Source: Octopus vulgaris (lineage: Eukaryota). Taken from it: DNA of 64,000 bases. Both the position numbers and the translations under genes were made by a program. Below are positions 12,238-25,668 of the stretch, in pieces. Below the pieces are notes generated by a model. It was not told the DNA's origin. It worked only from the letters and a program-made list of their open reading frames with translations, and did not search any database. Location of the stretch: NCBI GenBank assembly GCA_951406725.2, contig OX597815.1:126170001-126234000 (forward strand). Direction: 5' to 3'. Each line of letters opens with the position of its first letter. The stretch's first letter is position 1.

Positions 12238-12790
12238 GCTATTTCCAGTTCTGGAAAATGTGACATATATATTCACTAAAAGAAAATAATGTGATTCCAA
12301 ATGGATTCCAGCAACTCTGAATTTTTGCCCTTGTGCTTTGCTGATTCCTATTGCATTGTAGATCAGCATCTAAATCCATAAAACTTGGATGGCATTCATG
12401 TACTGAAAATTTTAGAATTATCCACATTCTTTCGTTAATCCAGAATGTCTGCATATCTTGAACTGAAAAGTGACTTGATCACCTTCGCATATTTACAACG
12501 CACTCAATATATTTGACGGAACTGCAATGGCGGGGCTTTAAAGTTTATTCCAGTAGTAAAATGTACTGGTTTGATTGAAGATCTGGATCCTTTTTTCGCC
12601 GGATTTGCTTCTTTTGTACCCATTGTGACCGTTTTGTGTCTCAGTTAGAAAAAGAAACGGATACCTATTTATGCCTAATCTTTCACGCAAGATGAGTGTT
12701 TATTTAGGACTCCATATGGACCATGAATTATATGCTCCATCTTAATCTCATGGATAGCATGAATGGAGTCCCTATCTGATGTTTTGGTTT
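12238..12790 (-). mobile_element. Helitron RepHel (PIF1-type helicase) fossil
   Basis: 12354 to 12238 reads AIGISKAQGQKFRVAGIHLESHYFLLVNIYVTFSRTGN, matching helicase motifs V-VI (AMTINKAQGQ..GI.L..CFSHGQLYVA.SR) with correct spacing; upstream part is weaker. Confidence 0.6.
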
Positions 12791-13494
12791 AAAATATATC
12801 AGCTTTTTTAGTTCAACCGAACACTTTTCTAAACAAAGCAATATCAGAACATGAGGTAAGTCACATATCTACCCTCCTGCAAAGAGCATAAAAGAATTAA
12901 ATTTCCGAATAATGATTTCAAAGTTAGTTCTCATAATTTTATTACCTTTTACAGAAGACATTTATAATAATATCATGTTGAGGAAGCACGTTCGTGAAGC
13001 AATTAGGTTTCTATTTCAGTCTATTTATTTGGCTTGCACGTGAGCAGATCAGGACTAACAGACTTTCTGACACAAGTAATTACATCTCGAGTGTGCCTTC
13101 CTGGATGTATCTTGTTTTGGCCTTCCTCTGAAAAATGTTAATCTACATTCGCTGGATTTTCGTTATTGTTCAAGATATCTTTTAAATTAGTTTCCACACT
13201 TCAAATTAGATTGATCAAGCCTGATGAAAGCAAGAGATGTTCTAACGAAATGTTTGCACCCGTATCCTGTATTAACTTATAAAATAGTTGGCGGAAATAA
13301 CAGAGTAGACTGATCATTAATCCTTATGCAAAGTTATAATTTGCTGACTCTCTTTTCATAAAATTTTTCGCCACTAGAATTGTATCCATTTTGTTCTTTG
13401 CAAATTATGAATGGATACTACAATTTGTCAGATGAAACTTGTTTTTCTCAAAATCTGGTGAACGACAGTCACATTTCTATGGAACTCTTGAGAA

Positions 13495-13650
13495 GGTGCA
13501 TTACTTTGTGGTTAGAGCGTTGGGCTCGCGATCAGATCCTGGGTTCGATTCGTGAACCTAGTGGTGTATGGTGTCCTAGATCAAAGAAATTAATTTCATA
13601 TTGCTCGATTTGATGCAACTGATATAAGTAACAGGTAAATACTGGATGAT
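13495..13650 (+). mobile_element. Degenerate tRNA-derived SINE, family C
   Basis: gtggttagagcgttgggctcgcgatc..gggttcgattc A/B boxes. Confidence 0.5.
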
Positions 13651-14493
13651 CCCTCAAGCTATCTCACTAGTATATTTCGCTTCATCAAGACAAGAAGAAC
13701 CAAATCGGTATCCATGTCTGCTTGCAACTAGATAGATTCCTCAAAAACCAATTAGCGAAAGCATAGTGGGCGAGGGACATATTGGTTTTAAAGGCCAGCA
13801 ATTCCGGGAGAAGAGGTAAGTCGAATTCATCTGCAAATGAAAATAAAAGATACGACTCTGCACGATAGTTAATTTGTGCCTTTATTTCAAATACCAGGGT
13901 TGATCCTCCTTTTTCAAACTCGGTATCTCCAGAATAACTCCTCATATGCAACAAAGAAAGAAAGCCAGTTAATACTGCTATACTTTATTTAGACAATGAT
14001 TTTAATATTTTTCGTGACATTGATACGGACTGTAATTTTACAATCCATTTGAACAGAAAATGCTACAGTTTCTTCCCTCCAACCTCTTTTATGGCTCCAC
14101 GATGTGCAAATCCTAGTGAAATTCCGTCAATCACAATTACGAATCAGCTTTATAATCTATCTTTCTTTTGCGCGTGTTATATTCAAATTCTACTCTTTCA
14201 AGTACCCATTTTTCCCTTCCTTACTCTTTGGTTTCCTTTTTCTTGAAGATGCTTCTGTCTTTCTTCATTTCCATTTTGTTTTCTTCTTACATTGCTTAGT
14301 GTCATTTTGTTCTTGCATTGTTTAGTTCTTGCATTGCTTATTCTTATCTCATCTATTCAAGAGTTTTTAAATTCACAGTCCCTAGTCTCTACATTCCTTT
14401 TTGATTCATTGCCGGCCTTTTCAAATGATTTCCTTATTTAGAAATCCTGAAACTGATATGGTTTAATGTACGACTTCCTTTCGATCGTGCGGC

Positions 14494-14497
14494 AAAA

Positions 14498-14540
<43 letters not shown>

Positions 14541-14561
14541 ACAAATAAATAAATAAATAAA
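14494..14561. repeat. (AAAT)n microsatellite
   Basis: Direct reading. Confidence 0.95.
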
Positions 14562-15165
14562 ATGACCACCCCGAAACACAACAATATCTGTTTGAACACA
14601 CGATTTCACATCAAAACGAATTGATAAAGGATTAAAATATTTTAAATATTTCAGCTCAAGCACTTTATTGTAATAAATAAGGGAAATATACCTGCTATCC
14701 AGGTAAGTTCTTAAATGTGCAAATATTGTTTTAAAGATCACATTTAATTATTCAACATTAATATTATTCATAAAATCATATAATTTTATGAATATCGTCT
14801 AATGGCAAAGCATACACGGAGAGTTATCATATAAAAGCTTCGTAGGAAGCAATGATTATGGTTTTGCCTATTTTACGTTCAAATAAAATAAAATATAAAA
14901 TATGAAGACTTCCAACGAAAGATGTCTATGACAAAAGCAAAGAATATCTGCCGGAAATCAAACTACTTTGAAAGTCTAATTAATTGATAAGTGACATTTA
15001 TCATTAATTGCAACAAAGATGTCTGTTTTACGGCTTCTTAAGAATTTGCGCTGACTACCGCTGACTTCTTAATTTCATTAAAAAAAATTGCATCACAAAA
15101 TTTTCAAAACATAATAGATTTTAGAAAATAGCCCATACTGCAAATTTTGCAAGTAAATATCGCAG

Positions 15166-15197
<32 letters not shown>

Positions 15198-15524
15198 ATA
15201 CACATACACAGATATACTCCCCTCACACATATATATATAAATTAGAGAGAAAGAAAGAGAGAGACAGAGAGAGAGCGAGAAAGACAATCAGACAGACAGA
15301 AAGTTAGCCGTTTGTATATACGCGCATATATATGCATGTATATATATATTTATACTTATATACATAAATACACACACACATATTCAACACACACACATTC
15401 ACCACACACATACACATACACAAACACACACGCACACATTCACCCGCCCCCAATGTACACAAATACACACACATACGCACACACACAAACACACACATAT
15501 CTTCTCTTATTCAATTCAGCTTAA

Positions 15525-17095
15525 GTATGTAGCCATGCTGAGCCACCAACAGTACCATCACTTTTCCAACGGCCATTCCTATGTCGTTGGCTTTTGATAA
15601 ATGAATTTGATATTACTGCCCTTCTTTGAGTTTCTGGCTGTGATGTAGTTGCAGTTGGGATTTTGGATAGAAGAATATCAAGATGCTTCTTGAAAACATT
15701 TACCTCCAAGTAGATCTTTCGGATTTTTTCAGCAAAATGTTAAGTAGCTGTGAGCCTTTGAATCCCAATCTATTACAATACCTGGACCTTACTCTAGACG
15801 GAATATGTGAGCCATTTGGAACAGCACAGTGGTGTTCTTTCCAGGGGCTGGTATAACTCTCGATATCAAAGTTTGGAGTTGGCTCCAAACTTTTCAGTAT
15901 CTCAAAGAAGCTGAAGTGTTTCACTGATGTAACGTCTTTGGTATACTATCGCTGAATTGCCTCGAGTTCCGCTATTAAATTGACAATGTGGGATGTCCAT
16001 AGTTGAGAGTAGTATCGCAATCGAGCTCGTTCAGTTTCCTGGTCCCTTGTTCTCAAAGTTCTGTGAATCCATCCATACATTCGCCGTTATCTTGATGATA
16101 TGTACATGAAGCGATGTATCGTTGTTCATATCAATCCTCAGTTTCCGCACTGTGTTTCACTCTGGGATTGCCACTCTTTTTGGTCCAAAGTATATCTGTT
16201 GTGACACGTTAGCAGAAACTGGCTGATAGCGGAGCGCTTGAAATTTTCCTGCATTAAATTGCATGTTGTTTTCTTCAGCTCTTTTATATATGGCACCTAA
16301 TCTGTCTCTAGAAGGCTAGCATCGAGAGGACTTTTCATTTTGTGTTGTCGACTTAGCTAGTAAGGGTGGCTGCATGCATAAATGACAACATATCTGAGAG
16401 GCCCACCACAAAGAGCAGCGGCCTCAAGGCGGTTCCCCGAGGCACTCCACTCGCTATTAATGTCTCCTTGGAGAAGGTTCCATTGGCTGCTACTACCTGA
16501 CTTTTGTTTCTTAAAAAGTTATGTAATCACTTTTCCAGTTTTCCAACTATATTGAGTCCTCGCAGATTGTGATACATCATCAAAGATCTTTGCAAAAGCG
16601 AGATTTATCGCATCCACCTTTGAGTAGTTTTAACACCCAATCATAATGCTGCAGAAGCTGTATATGGGAGTTTCTTTTTGAGCCGGAGCCACGCTGAGTA
16701 TCAGGGAGCAAGTCATAATTTTCTAGGAAAGAGATTACCTTCCTCCTGACAATTTGTTCTATGACCTTGCGGACATATGAGATTAGAGGAACAGCCCTAT
16801 AATTTTTAGCATCTGCTCTGCTTCCTCCTTTACAGATAGGATATATTATGTACGCTTTTAATTTTCTGAAAAATCTACCACTTCCAAGAAAGCTCCAGAA
16901 GTGGATTTGAAGTGATCTTGTTAGGGAATCTCTGCATTGTCTCAGGAGGATTGCCGGGAATCCATCAATGTCAGTGGCTGAATTTAAGTTCATTTCATGA
17001 ATGGCTATATCACAACAGTCTCCTCTATCTCGAAATAATTGGTAATTGCTATCCCTTCACGTAGAGGTGCAGTGTCAAAGAACTTCATCGGCATA
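15525..17095 (-). mobile_element. Old degraded CR1-like LINE
   Basis: SATDIDGFPAILL, KGGSRADAKNYRAVPLISYVRKVIEQI, DFAK-like segment, SGVPRGTALRPL, FKKHLDILLSKIP; many stops and frameshifts. Confidence 0.85.
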
Positions 17096-17166
17096 TTTAT
17101 TTGCAAGTGACACGACGGAGATATGAAAACGCTTTTGTATTGCACGTCAGTGAGCCACTTTCTTCG

Positions 17167-17181
17167 ATATATATATATGTG

Positions 17182-17222
<41 letters not shown>

Positions 17223-17410
17223 CATATATATACATATATATATACATATATATATATACATATATATACATATATATATATACATATATATACATACATA
17301 TATATATACATATATATATATATACATATGTATATGTGTACATATATATACACATATATGTGTGTGTGTGTGTGTGTGTATTATATGTATGTTTACGTTT
17401 ATGTATATAT
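17167..17410. repeat. (TA)/(TACA)/(TG) compound microsatellite
   Basis: Direct reading. Confidence 0.95.
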
Positions 17411-17999
17411 ACTAATCGCTAGTTGAAAGCAACTGGATGAAAATGCAATCCCTAGATGTCTATGCAGCAGAAACCTGCATCGGACAGATTTTAATCAAAT
17501 ACACTATAATTGACTGTAGAAATATTTAAAAATTAATAATCTCCGCATTCATTGTCACTCTATATGAATACACACTCACACACACACATACACACACATA
17601 CATACACACACATACATACATACATACATACATACATACATACATACATACATACATACATACATACTACTTTACGTGGAAGATAATTTAATGGCCGATA
17701 ATTCAAAAGAATTGTTACCCCAACAATTTATAAACCAGGAAACTGCACTAATTACAGTAAAATGAGGTTCTGAAAATTCATATAATTCACTAGTTGTGTG
17801 CGACTCAGTCTAGTCTACCGATCACGTCGTATTTGGAATAGAGTAAATTCCAATAGAGAATGTAGCCGGTTCTATGTTAATTTCAGCTCACAACTATCCA
17901 AAACACACGCGCGCGCGCGCGCACAAACACCTGTATAAGACATTTGAAGTAAAACTTGAGAATTGTACATTAAAGAGAGTATTCTGCGTAAATGACTGA

Positions 18000-18447
18000 T
18001 AATCCTTTCTAAAATTGGCACAAAGCCTGAGTTTTGTGGAGGTGGGGGTGGGTTGATTACATCGACCTCAGTTCTCAACTGGTTCTTATTTCATCCATGC
18101 CGAAAGGATGAAAGGCAAAGTCGACCTCGGCGTTATTTGAGCGCAGAACGCAATGCCGCTGACCATTTTGCCTACCGGCGTGCTAACGATTCTGCCAGCT
18201 CATCGCCTTTAATAATAACAGTAATAATCGTTTCTACTAAAGGCACAAGGCCTGAAATTTTAGGAGAGGGGACTAGTCGATTATATCAACCCCAGTGTTT
18301 CATTGGTACTTAAAATATCGACCCTGAAAGGATAAAAGGCGAAGTCGACCTCGGTAGTAGAATTTGAACTCAGAACATAGAGACGGGCGAAATACCCTTA
18401 ATCATTTCGTCCAGCGTACTAAGGAGTCTGCCAGCTCGTCGCCTTAA
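18000..18447 (-). mobile_element. Two tandem family A SINEs
   Basis: gaaaggat(g/a)aaaggc(a/g)aagtcgacctcgg core twice; heads end at about 18210 and 18447. Confidence 0.8.
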
Positions 18448-18509
18448 TAGCTATGATAATAAAAATGTGTAGATGTATAATTCTCTGTCTTTATCTCAAT
18501 GTCTAAGTG

Positions 18510-18860
18510 AAGGCGCATGGCTCAGTGGTTAGAGCGTCGAGATTACGATCGTGAGGTTGTGAGTTCGAATCCCGGACCGGGCTGCGTGTTGTGTTCTTGA
18601 GCAAGACACTTTATTTCACGTTCCTCCAGTTCACTCAGCTGTAGAAATGAGTTGCGACGTCACAGGTGCCAAGCTGTATCAGCCTTTGCCTTTCCCTTGG
18701 ATAACACTGGTGCCGTGGAGAGGGGAGGCCGGTATGCATGGGCGACTGCTGGCCTTCCATAAACAACCTTGCCCAGACTTGTACCTTGGCGGGTAACTTT
18801 CTAGGTGCAAACCCATGGTCAGTGTCATGATTGAAGTGGGTCACGACAAACAACAACAAT
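18510..18860 (+). mobile_element. tRNA-derived SINE family C, full length, (CAA)n tail
   Basis: A box tggctcagtgg, B box gagttcgaatcc, CORE-like ttgagcaagacacttt, tail acaacaacaa. Confidence 0.85.
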
Positions 18861-19127
18861 CTCAATGTCTTGAATATACATTCTCTAAACTGTTTCTAAT
18901 CCAGTGAAGTGACCTCAGGATTTACTCATCGGGTGTGATTGGTTACCTTACATAATTCCCAGTTATTCTATATCATTCGATGCAGTTTGCCAGAACCTGG
19001 CTTATACTAGAGCACTTGAATGGTACCTATCTGGATCTATTATCTCTATCCATTTACTACATACATACATACATACATTCATACGCACGCGCGCGCACAC
19101 ACACACATAACTCTCTCTCTCTCTCTT

Positions 19128-19348
19128 TTACTCTTTTACTTGTTTCAGTCATTTGACTGCGACCATGCTGGAGCACCGCTTTTAGTCGAGCAAATCGACC
19201 CCAGAACTTATTCTTTGTAAGCCTAGTACTTATTCTATCGGTTTCTTTTGCCGAACTGCTAAGTTACGGGGATGTAAACACACCAGCATCGGTTGTCAAG
19301 CGATGTTGGGGGACAAACACAGACACACAAACATATGCACACACATAC

Positions 19349-19412
<64 letters not shown>

Positions 19413-19592
19413 TATATACATATATACGACAGGCTTCTTTCAGTTTCCGTCTACCAACAAATCCACTCACAATGCTTTGGTCGGCCCGAGGCTATAGTAG
19501 AAGACACTTGCCCAAGGTTCCACGCAGGAGGAAAGAACCCGAACCATGTGGTTGGTAAGCAAGCTACTTACCACACAGTCACTCCTGCGCCT
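19128..19592 (-). mobile_element. CORE-like SINE family B, intact, with central (TA)n
   Basis: Head ggcgcaggagtgactgtgtggtaagtagcttgcttacc; core ccttgggcaagtgtctt; tail gaaacaagtaaaaga. Confidence 0.9.
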
Positions 19593-19961
19593 GCAAAAAT
19601 GTTTTATTGAAATGAGTAAAACATTTTTTAAAATTTATGTGAATGATACAGAGATAAAAGTGAACTAAAATGATTCGATAAATTGCATTATATTCAATAA
19701 ATCTTTCTTTACTCTTTTTTGCATTTAAACAAAGATTATCTGAGCTTACTCACACTTCAGATTTTTAATTTACAAAGTTAGTTTTTTCGTTCATAATGCA
19801 TCCAAAAACAATTTCCTACATTTCTATGCATAAAGAAAACAATTTCCTATGTTACATACACACATTTATAAATAGGCAAGGTATATCAATATAGAATACA
19901 AATGGCCGTAATTGTTTCCACCACCAGCACCGCCACCACGAAAATCAACAACAGCAACCGC

Positions 19962-20012
<51 letters not shown>

Positions 20013-20454
20013 TGTGTGTACATAAGTGTGTGTTTGTGTGTTAGTGTGTGTATGTGCATGTGTGTGTGTGTATGTATTGACTTATTCTATCTTTTTCATC
20101 ATTACTAAAACAACGACCTTCAGTCTTAAGTATACATTATTCATTAATGATAAATATAATTTTGCTATGTAATCGAACACTTACATAAAGTACGACCAGC
20201 TCCCTGTAAACTAAATGAGTCCTCAATGCAAAATTTCAGTTACCTATTAAGCGTGTGGCCTACAATATAGAACATACCTTTTAACTTTTACACACGAACG
20301 CGCATGCTCGTACGCACACGCATACACACACACATTCACACACAAATATACACACACACACTCACGCTTGTGCATGCAAATACGCACATACACACAAAGA
20401 CACACGAACACACACATGTGCACTATATGTCAGATGTCGAAATGATAGGAGAGT

Positions 20455-20548
20455 GACGTGAGATGAAGTGTTTTGCTCAAGTACAGAGCGCACTACCCGG
20501 TCCGCGATTCGAACCCATGATCTCACGATCGTGAGTGCAACACCTTAA
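20455..20548 (-). mobile_element. SINE family C 5' fragment
   Basis: Reverse of the tRNA-like head with gggttcgaatc B box. Confidence 0.55.
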
Positions 20549-20593
20549 CTTAAATAACTTAGATTGGTTTCGGCCATTATCAACTAACCCAAT

Positions 20594-20965
20594 GGGAAGC
20601 ACTCCGTCGGTTACGACGACGAAGGTTCCGGTTGATCCGATCAACGGAACAGCCTGCTCGTGTAAGTGGCTGAGCACTCCACAGACACGTGTACCCTTAA
20701 CGTAGTTCTCGGGGATATTCAGCGTGACACAGAGAGTGACAAGGCCGGCCCTTTGAAATACAGGTACAACAGAAACAGGAAGTAAGAGTGAGAGAAAGTT
20801 GTGGTGAAAGAGTACAGCAGGGATCACCACCATCCCTGCCGGAGCGTCGTGGAGCTTTTTAGGTGTATTCGCTCAATAAACACTCACAACGCCCGGTCTG
20901 GGAATCGAAACCGCGATCCTACGACCGCGAGTCCGCTGCCCTAACCACTGGGCCATTGCGCCTCC
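20594..20965 (-). mobile_element. tRNA-derived SINE family D (resembles octopus OR1-type)
   Basis: Head ggaggcgcaatggcccagtggttagggcagcggactcgcgg..ggtttcgattccc; cccaat present on both sides; family name from recall only. Confidence 0.8.
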
Positions 20966-21202
20966 CAATAGCACCACCTGGAAAAGTCTTTTAATGAATT
21001 ATTACGAGACATCATGGACCACTCAAGCAGAGAGTTAATGTTGAGGCGTATCCTTGTGTAGGTGGTCTATCCAGTATTTTGTGGAGGAATTTGTCTAGCT
21101 ACCGTTTGAAAGTTTGGGGGTCTTTTTCTACTTTAATTTCTTTTGGGATGGTGCCCCAGCATGACTGCAACTTTGAAGCTGAAGCATTTTAAAGACTTAA
21201 AG

Positions 21203-21260
<58 letters not shown>

Positions 21261-21565
21261 ACACACACTCACACACACACGCATACACATACAGAGGGCG
21301 GCAGAGAAAGACCAACAGAAAGCCCTAGAGAGGAGGTAGAATTTCTGGTGAACAAATTTCTCTTGTCCGTTCTCTGTAGCTACAAACTTTGTTCATATGA
21401 TACCGATACAAAAGTTCAAAGTATCATCCTCTCTAGTTCAAACTACATCATTTTATGACAGGAGGGCATAATATTTGGTAATTCTTCTCTGGTAAGGTAA
21501 CAGCTAATTATATATTTTTTTGTAATTTTGTAGTGAATGCATATTTAAGTTTAATTCTTGTGTGT

Positions 21566-21611
<46 letters not shown>

Positions 21612-21739
21612 GCGTGTGCGTGTGTATTTGTGTATGTGTGTGCGTGTGTGTGTGAAATGTTCGGATCAACAATCATTAAAAATTAATAGATTCTATAGAA
21701 ATAATCTCTTTTGTCTGTCTAAATAATCGAGATTACTTC

Positions 21740-22350
21740 TGTGGCAGATTCAGTACGATATCGGACAACATGCTTAACATTATTTATTCCGGTTCCTTGC
21801 ATTCCGTTTTCAAATTCTGTTCAGGTCAATTTCGCCTTTTGGAGATCGATAAAATTAACTATCAACCAACTAATGGGGTCGACGTAATCGATTAATCCCC
21901 ACTTTTGATTTTGCTGACCTGGTGACAAAATTTGAAACTATTGTTGTTGTTGTTGTTGTGGTGGTGGTGGTATGTAGACGGCGAATTGGCAAAATCGTTA
22001 GCGCGCCAGATGAAATGATGCCAACGTTCTGACTTCAAATTCCGTCGAGGTGGACTTTGCTTTTATCTTTTTTGAGTCGATAAAATAAGTACCAGTTGAG
22101 CACTGGAGTTGATATAATCGACTTATCCTCTCATCCAGAATTGCTGGCATGGTGCCAAAATTTGTAACCATTATTATTATTGATGAGTAGGCAACGAGCT
22201 GTCAGAATCGTTAGCATGTGTGTGTATATAGTTGATTTTTCCTTTCATCCTTTTGGGATCAATAAATTAAGTACCACTTGCGTACTGGAGTCGATCTAAT
22301 CGACTAGTCCTCTCCACCAAAATTGTGCCTATCAAAAAAGGCTTATTATG
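21740..22350 (+). mobile_element. Cluster of three degraded family A SINEs
   Basis: Repeated gataaaataagtacc..gggtcga cores. Confidence 0.7.
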
Positions 22351-22389
22351 TCGCTGATGATAAGATGTTACTGCTGCTTCTATTGTTGC

Positions 22390-22491
<102 letters not shown>

Positions 22492-22498
22492 TATTATT

Positions 22499-23050
22499 GA
22501 ATGAGAGAGCAGTGCATGCCATCAAAGTGACACTGGGGTAAAATATATGAAGCCCAGTATACCCATCATGACTACCCGTCTGATAAAAGTACACCAGGCA
22601 CATACATCACAACCATACATGCGCGACATGGTGATCTCATATCAAGGTAAACAACACATGACTTTGCAGGTGGGGCCCAGTTGGAATTTTCTTCTGGTCG
22701 AGTAGCCCATCCCGCTCAAATGTCCCTGAATAAGGATTAAGGATGTTGAACGAACCACCTACGTTTCCAAAGGTAAATTAACCAAACCTTCAAGAATTCC
22801 TTTCAACACGCGGCTATGATGCTCCCCACTTATTCCGCTCGTGATCAGAGATGCACATATTGTCAGCCATTAAGGGTCATGCTCAACTGGTTATGGTCAA
22901 ACAACTGACAAGCAAATCTGTGGTATTGGGCAGAATATTTGCTGTAGCCCATCTTCTATACCAAGACAAAACAATGTACATGATAACACTTCCAATCTGT
23001 TAAGATCAGAAGCCATGAGAGTCACTGCCTGGTACTGCATCAGGGCATTT
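22499..23050 (-). mobile_element. About 550 bp non-coding element embedded in (TAA)n, candidate non-autonomous retroelement
   Basis: Complex sequence with sharp boundaries against (ATT)n arrays on both sides; no ORF; strand is a guess. Confidence 0.55.
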
Positions 23051-23058
23051 ATTATTAA

Positions 23059-23112
<54 letters not shown>

Positions 23113-23116
<4 letters not shown>

Positions 23117-23221
23117 TAGTTTTATTTTTATAACGTGCTTTCACTTCACTACTGAGTGTCTTGGGTATGTGCTGTGGTTTGCTGTGATGCTCTTATGGTT
23201 ACTGAATTGAAAGTGCTTTGC
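23113..23221 (-). mobile_element. 3' terminal fragment of the R4/Dong LINE
   Basis: Reverse complement matches 30095-30210 (catcacagcaaaccacagcacatacccaag..gtagtgaagtgaaagcacg..aaactactgaa); flanked by (TTA)n. Confidence 0.85.
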
Positions 23222-23243
23222 ATATATTATTATTATTATTAAA

Positions 23244-23307
<64 letters not shown>

Positions 23308-23308
<1 letters not shown>

Positions 23309-23522
23309 GGCGGCGAGCTGGCAGAATCGTTAGCAGGCTGGACGAAATGCTTAGCGGTATTTCGCCCGTCACTCCGTTCTAACTTCAAATTCCGCCGAGT
23401 TCGACTTTGCTTTTCATCTTTTTGGGATCGATAAAATAACTACCAGTCGAACACAGGGGTCGATGTAATTGACTCATCTCCTCCCCCAAAATTACTGCCC
23501 TTGTGGCAAAATTTGAAACCAT
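23308..23522 (+). mobile_element. Family A SINE
   Basis: aaggcggcgagctggcagaatcgttagc head plus core. Confidence 0.85.
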
Positions 23523-24134
23523 TGTTATTGAGATAACCAATCATCTGTGATTTCTTTCAGCTACACTCCATTAATATTAAGAATCTCTAATTGTATCAGC
23601 TACAGTTTTTCGCTTCGTAATCTTCTTGAAAACATTTCCAGTTCCTGCTGAGGAACTTCCGTGATTTCTATTAATTGTCTTCCCAAGTCTTTACAGACTG
23701 TTTTCTGATTATGTCAGAATTTCCAATTGATTATTTTCATTCAAGCTACTCTGTTCAAACGACGAACTTACTCGCTTGTAGCTCTTTTGAGAATATATTT
23801 TAATACTCTTAGTTTGCAGTTGTTTTCGAGCAAATTAATATTTTATCACAAAATCTTAGTAATGCATGGAACTGTACTTACATTTAACAAATCACAAAAA
23901 TAACTGCAGCTTGTATATTTTTGTTTCCGTTTTTAAATATACTTGTTAGCAAAATGATAATATAGTAAAGACGAACTTCTTACAATGCGTAGTGTGCGCA
24001 CGAGCGCGCACGTGTATGAATGCGTGTGTGCATGTGTGTGTGAGCGTATGTACACGTGTGAATGTGTATGTGTGTGTGTGTGCATGTGTGCGCGTGTGTG
24101 TATGTCTATGTATTTATCAATGTATAAGTGGATG

Positions 24135-24370
24135 TGTGTGTGTGTGTGTGTGTGTGTCTTTGTGTTTGTCACATACTTCATAACGCTCGACAACCGGTGT
24201 TGATTTCTTTACTTCCCCGAAGCTTAGCGGTTCGGCGATTGAGGCTAAATGGAATAAGTACGAAACGTAAAAAGAAGAAAATTACTGATGGCGATTTGTT
24301 CGACGAAGACCCTTCAAGACGGTGGCCCCAACATGACCACAATCCTGTGACTGAAACGAGTAAAAAAGAC
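24135..24370 (+). mobile_element. Family B SINE 3' half
   Basis: acaaccggtgttg..ttagcggttcggc..gactgaaacgagtaaaa. Confidence 0.65.
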
Positions 24371-24480
24371 ATAAGATAAGCTTTTGCTGTTAACCTATAG
24401 AGTCAGTCTATAATGTAAAGAATTCTTTGTCGAGAAATATGTTTTTGATATCGTATTACATTTGTAACGTATACACGGCA

Positions 24481-24603
24481 GACAATTTCACTTAGCGATT
24501 AATAAACGACGATCAGATTCACTTAGCGACTAATATATAACGGTTAGATTCACTTAGAGCTTTATACACAACTGTCAGAATCACTTAGAGATTAATACAC
24601 AAC
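24481..24603. repeat. About 31-bp minisatellite, 4 copies
   Basis: Unit approximately tcagattcacttagcgattaatacacaac. Confidence 0.8.
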
Positions 24604-24787
24604 AATGAAATAGACTTCGGTATGTTGGCATCGCCAGCCGGAATAATTCCCTGAGTAATTTCATTTACTTTTAATAGGAATAATTATATTCTGTCTTTGA
24701 ACCACATCCTGAAGACTAGTTACTTGGGTGGTGCCATGACCACCGAATAGGATTAGGGAAGAAATGTCACTGAGTAATGGCAATGGT

Positions 24788-25020
24788 GAAGGCGCGTGGC
24801 CTAGTGGCTCGGATGTTGTACTCACGATCGTAACATCATGGTTTCGATTCCCGGACTGTGCACTGCGTTTGTGTTCTTGAGTTAAGCACTTCATTTCTCG
24901 CTTCGACAGTTTACACAACAGTCAATGAGTAACTCTGCGACTGATTGGCGTCCCGTTCTGGGAAGTTGATATGAAACCGGTCACTTATACATCATGAAAC
25001 CCGGGAAACTGGCCATTTGA
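24788..25020 (+). mobile_element. Family C SINE, degraded
   Basis: gaaggcgcgtggcctagtgg..ggtttcgattccc. Confidence 0.65.
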
Positions 25021-25139
25021 GTTCTAGGATTCAAAACAGTAATGTCCAAGGGTTGAATGATAATGACAATGGCACGAATCTATTGGCAGAATATGAATCA
25101 TCGAAATTTTGCCATCGAGTCTACTGATTGTTACGTTCT

Positions 25140-25365
25140 TATTTCTTTATTGCCCTCAAGGGGCTAATCAAAGAGGGGACAAACAAGGACAGGCAGAGGG
25201 ATTAAGTCGATTACATCGATCCCAGTGCATAACTGGTACTTAATTTATCGACCCCGAAAGGATGAAAGGCAAAGTCGACCTCGGCAGAATTTGAACTCAG
25301 AACGTAAAGACAGACGAAATACCGCTAAGCACTCCGCCCGGTGTGCTAACGTTTTTGCTAGCTCT
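25140..25365 (-). mobile_element. Family A SINE (alternative tail variant)
   Basis: Core plus tail ccccttgagggcaataaagaaat. Confidence 0.8.
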
Positions 25366-25634
25366 TTCCATACAAACACTTGTTACGCATAGCATATCCA
25401 CTCTTCGGTATTACGTGAGAAATTATATTTCAAATTTGCACTGCATTTATCTAAAGTATCTAAAACATATTTCTTGAAACATATGTAAATTGATATTTGT
25501 TGATACGCATTTGGGAAGAAATTAACAGAAAATTGTATTTCTTATATATAAATCAAGCATATATTATAAAATCGATCATGGGTGTTCAGGTTGAATCTGT
25601 AGAATATATGAATATATGTATATCTTTGCGTTTG

Positions 25635-25668
<34 letters not shown>

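Noticed and set aside
13737-13823. Possible host exon ending GAG/GTAAGT (IPQKPISESIVGEGHIGFKGQQFREK); similar donor at about 12855
   Set aside because: The acceptor is weak, the peptide is not recognisable, and there are no partner exons; it cannot be supported without RNA-seq.
18510-18585. tRNA gene
   Set aside because: It has A and B boxes but no clean cloverleaf and runs into a SINE body with dispersed copies; the same applies to 20890-20965.
24481-24603. CRISPR-like array
   Set aside because: The units are contiguous with no unique spacers, there are no cas genes, and the context is eukaryotic.
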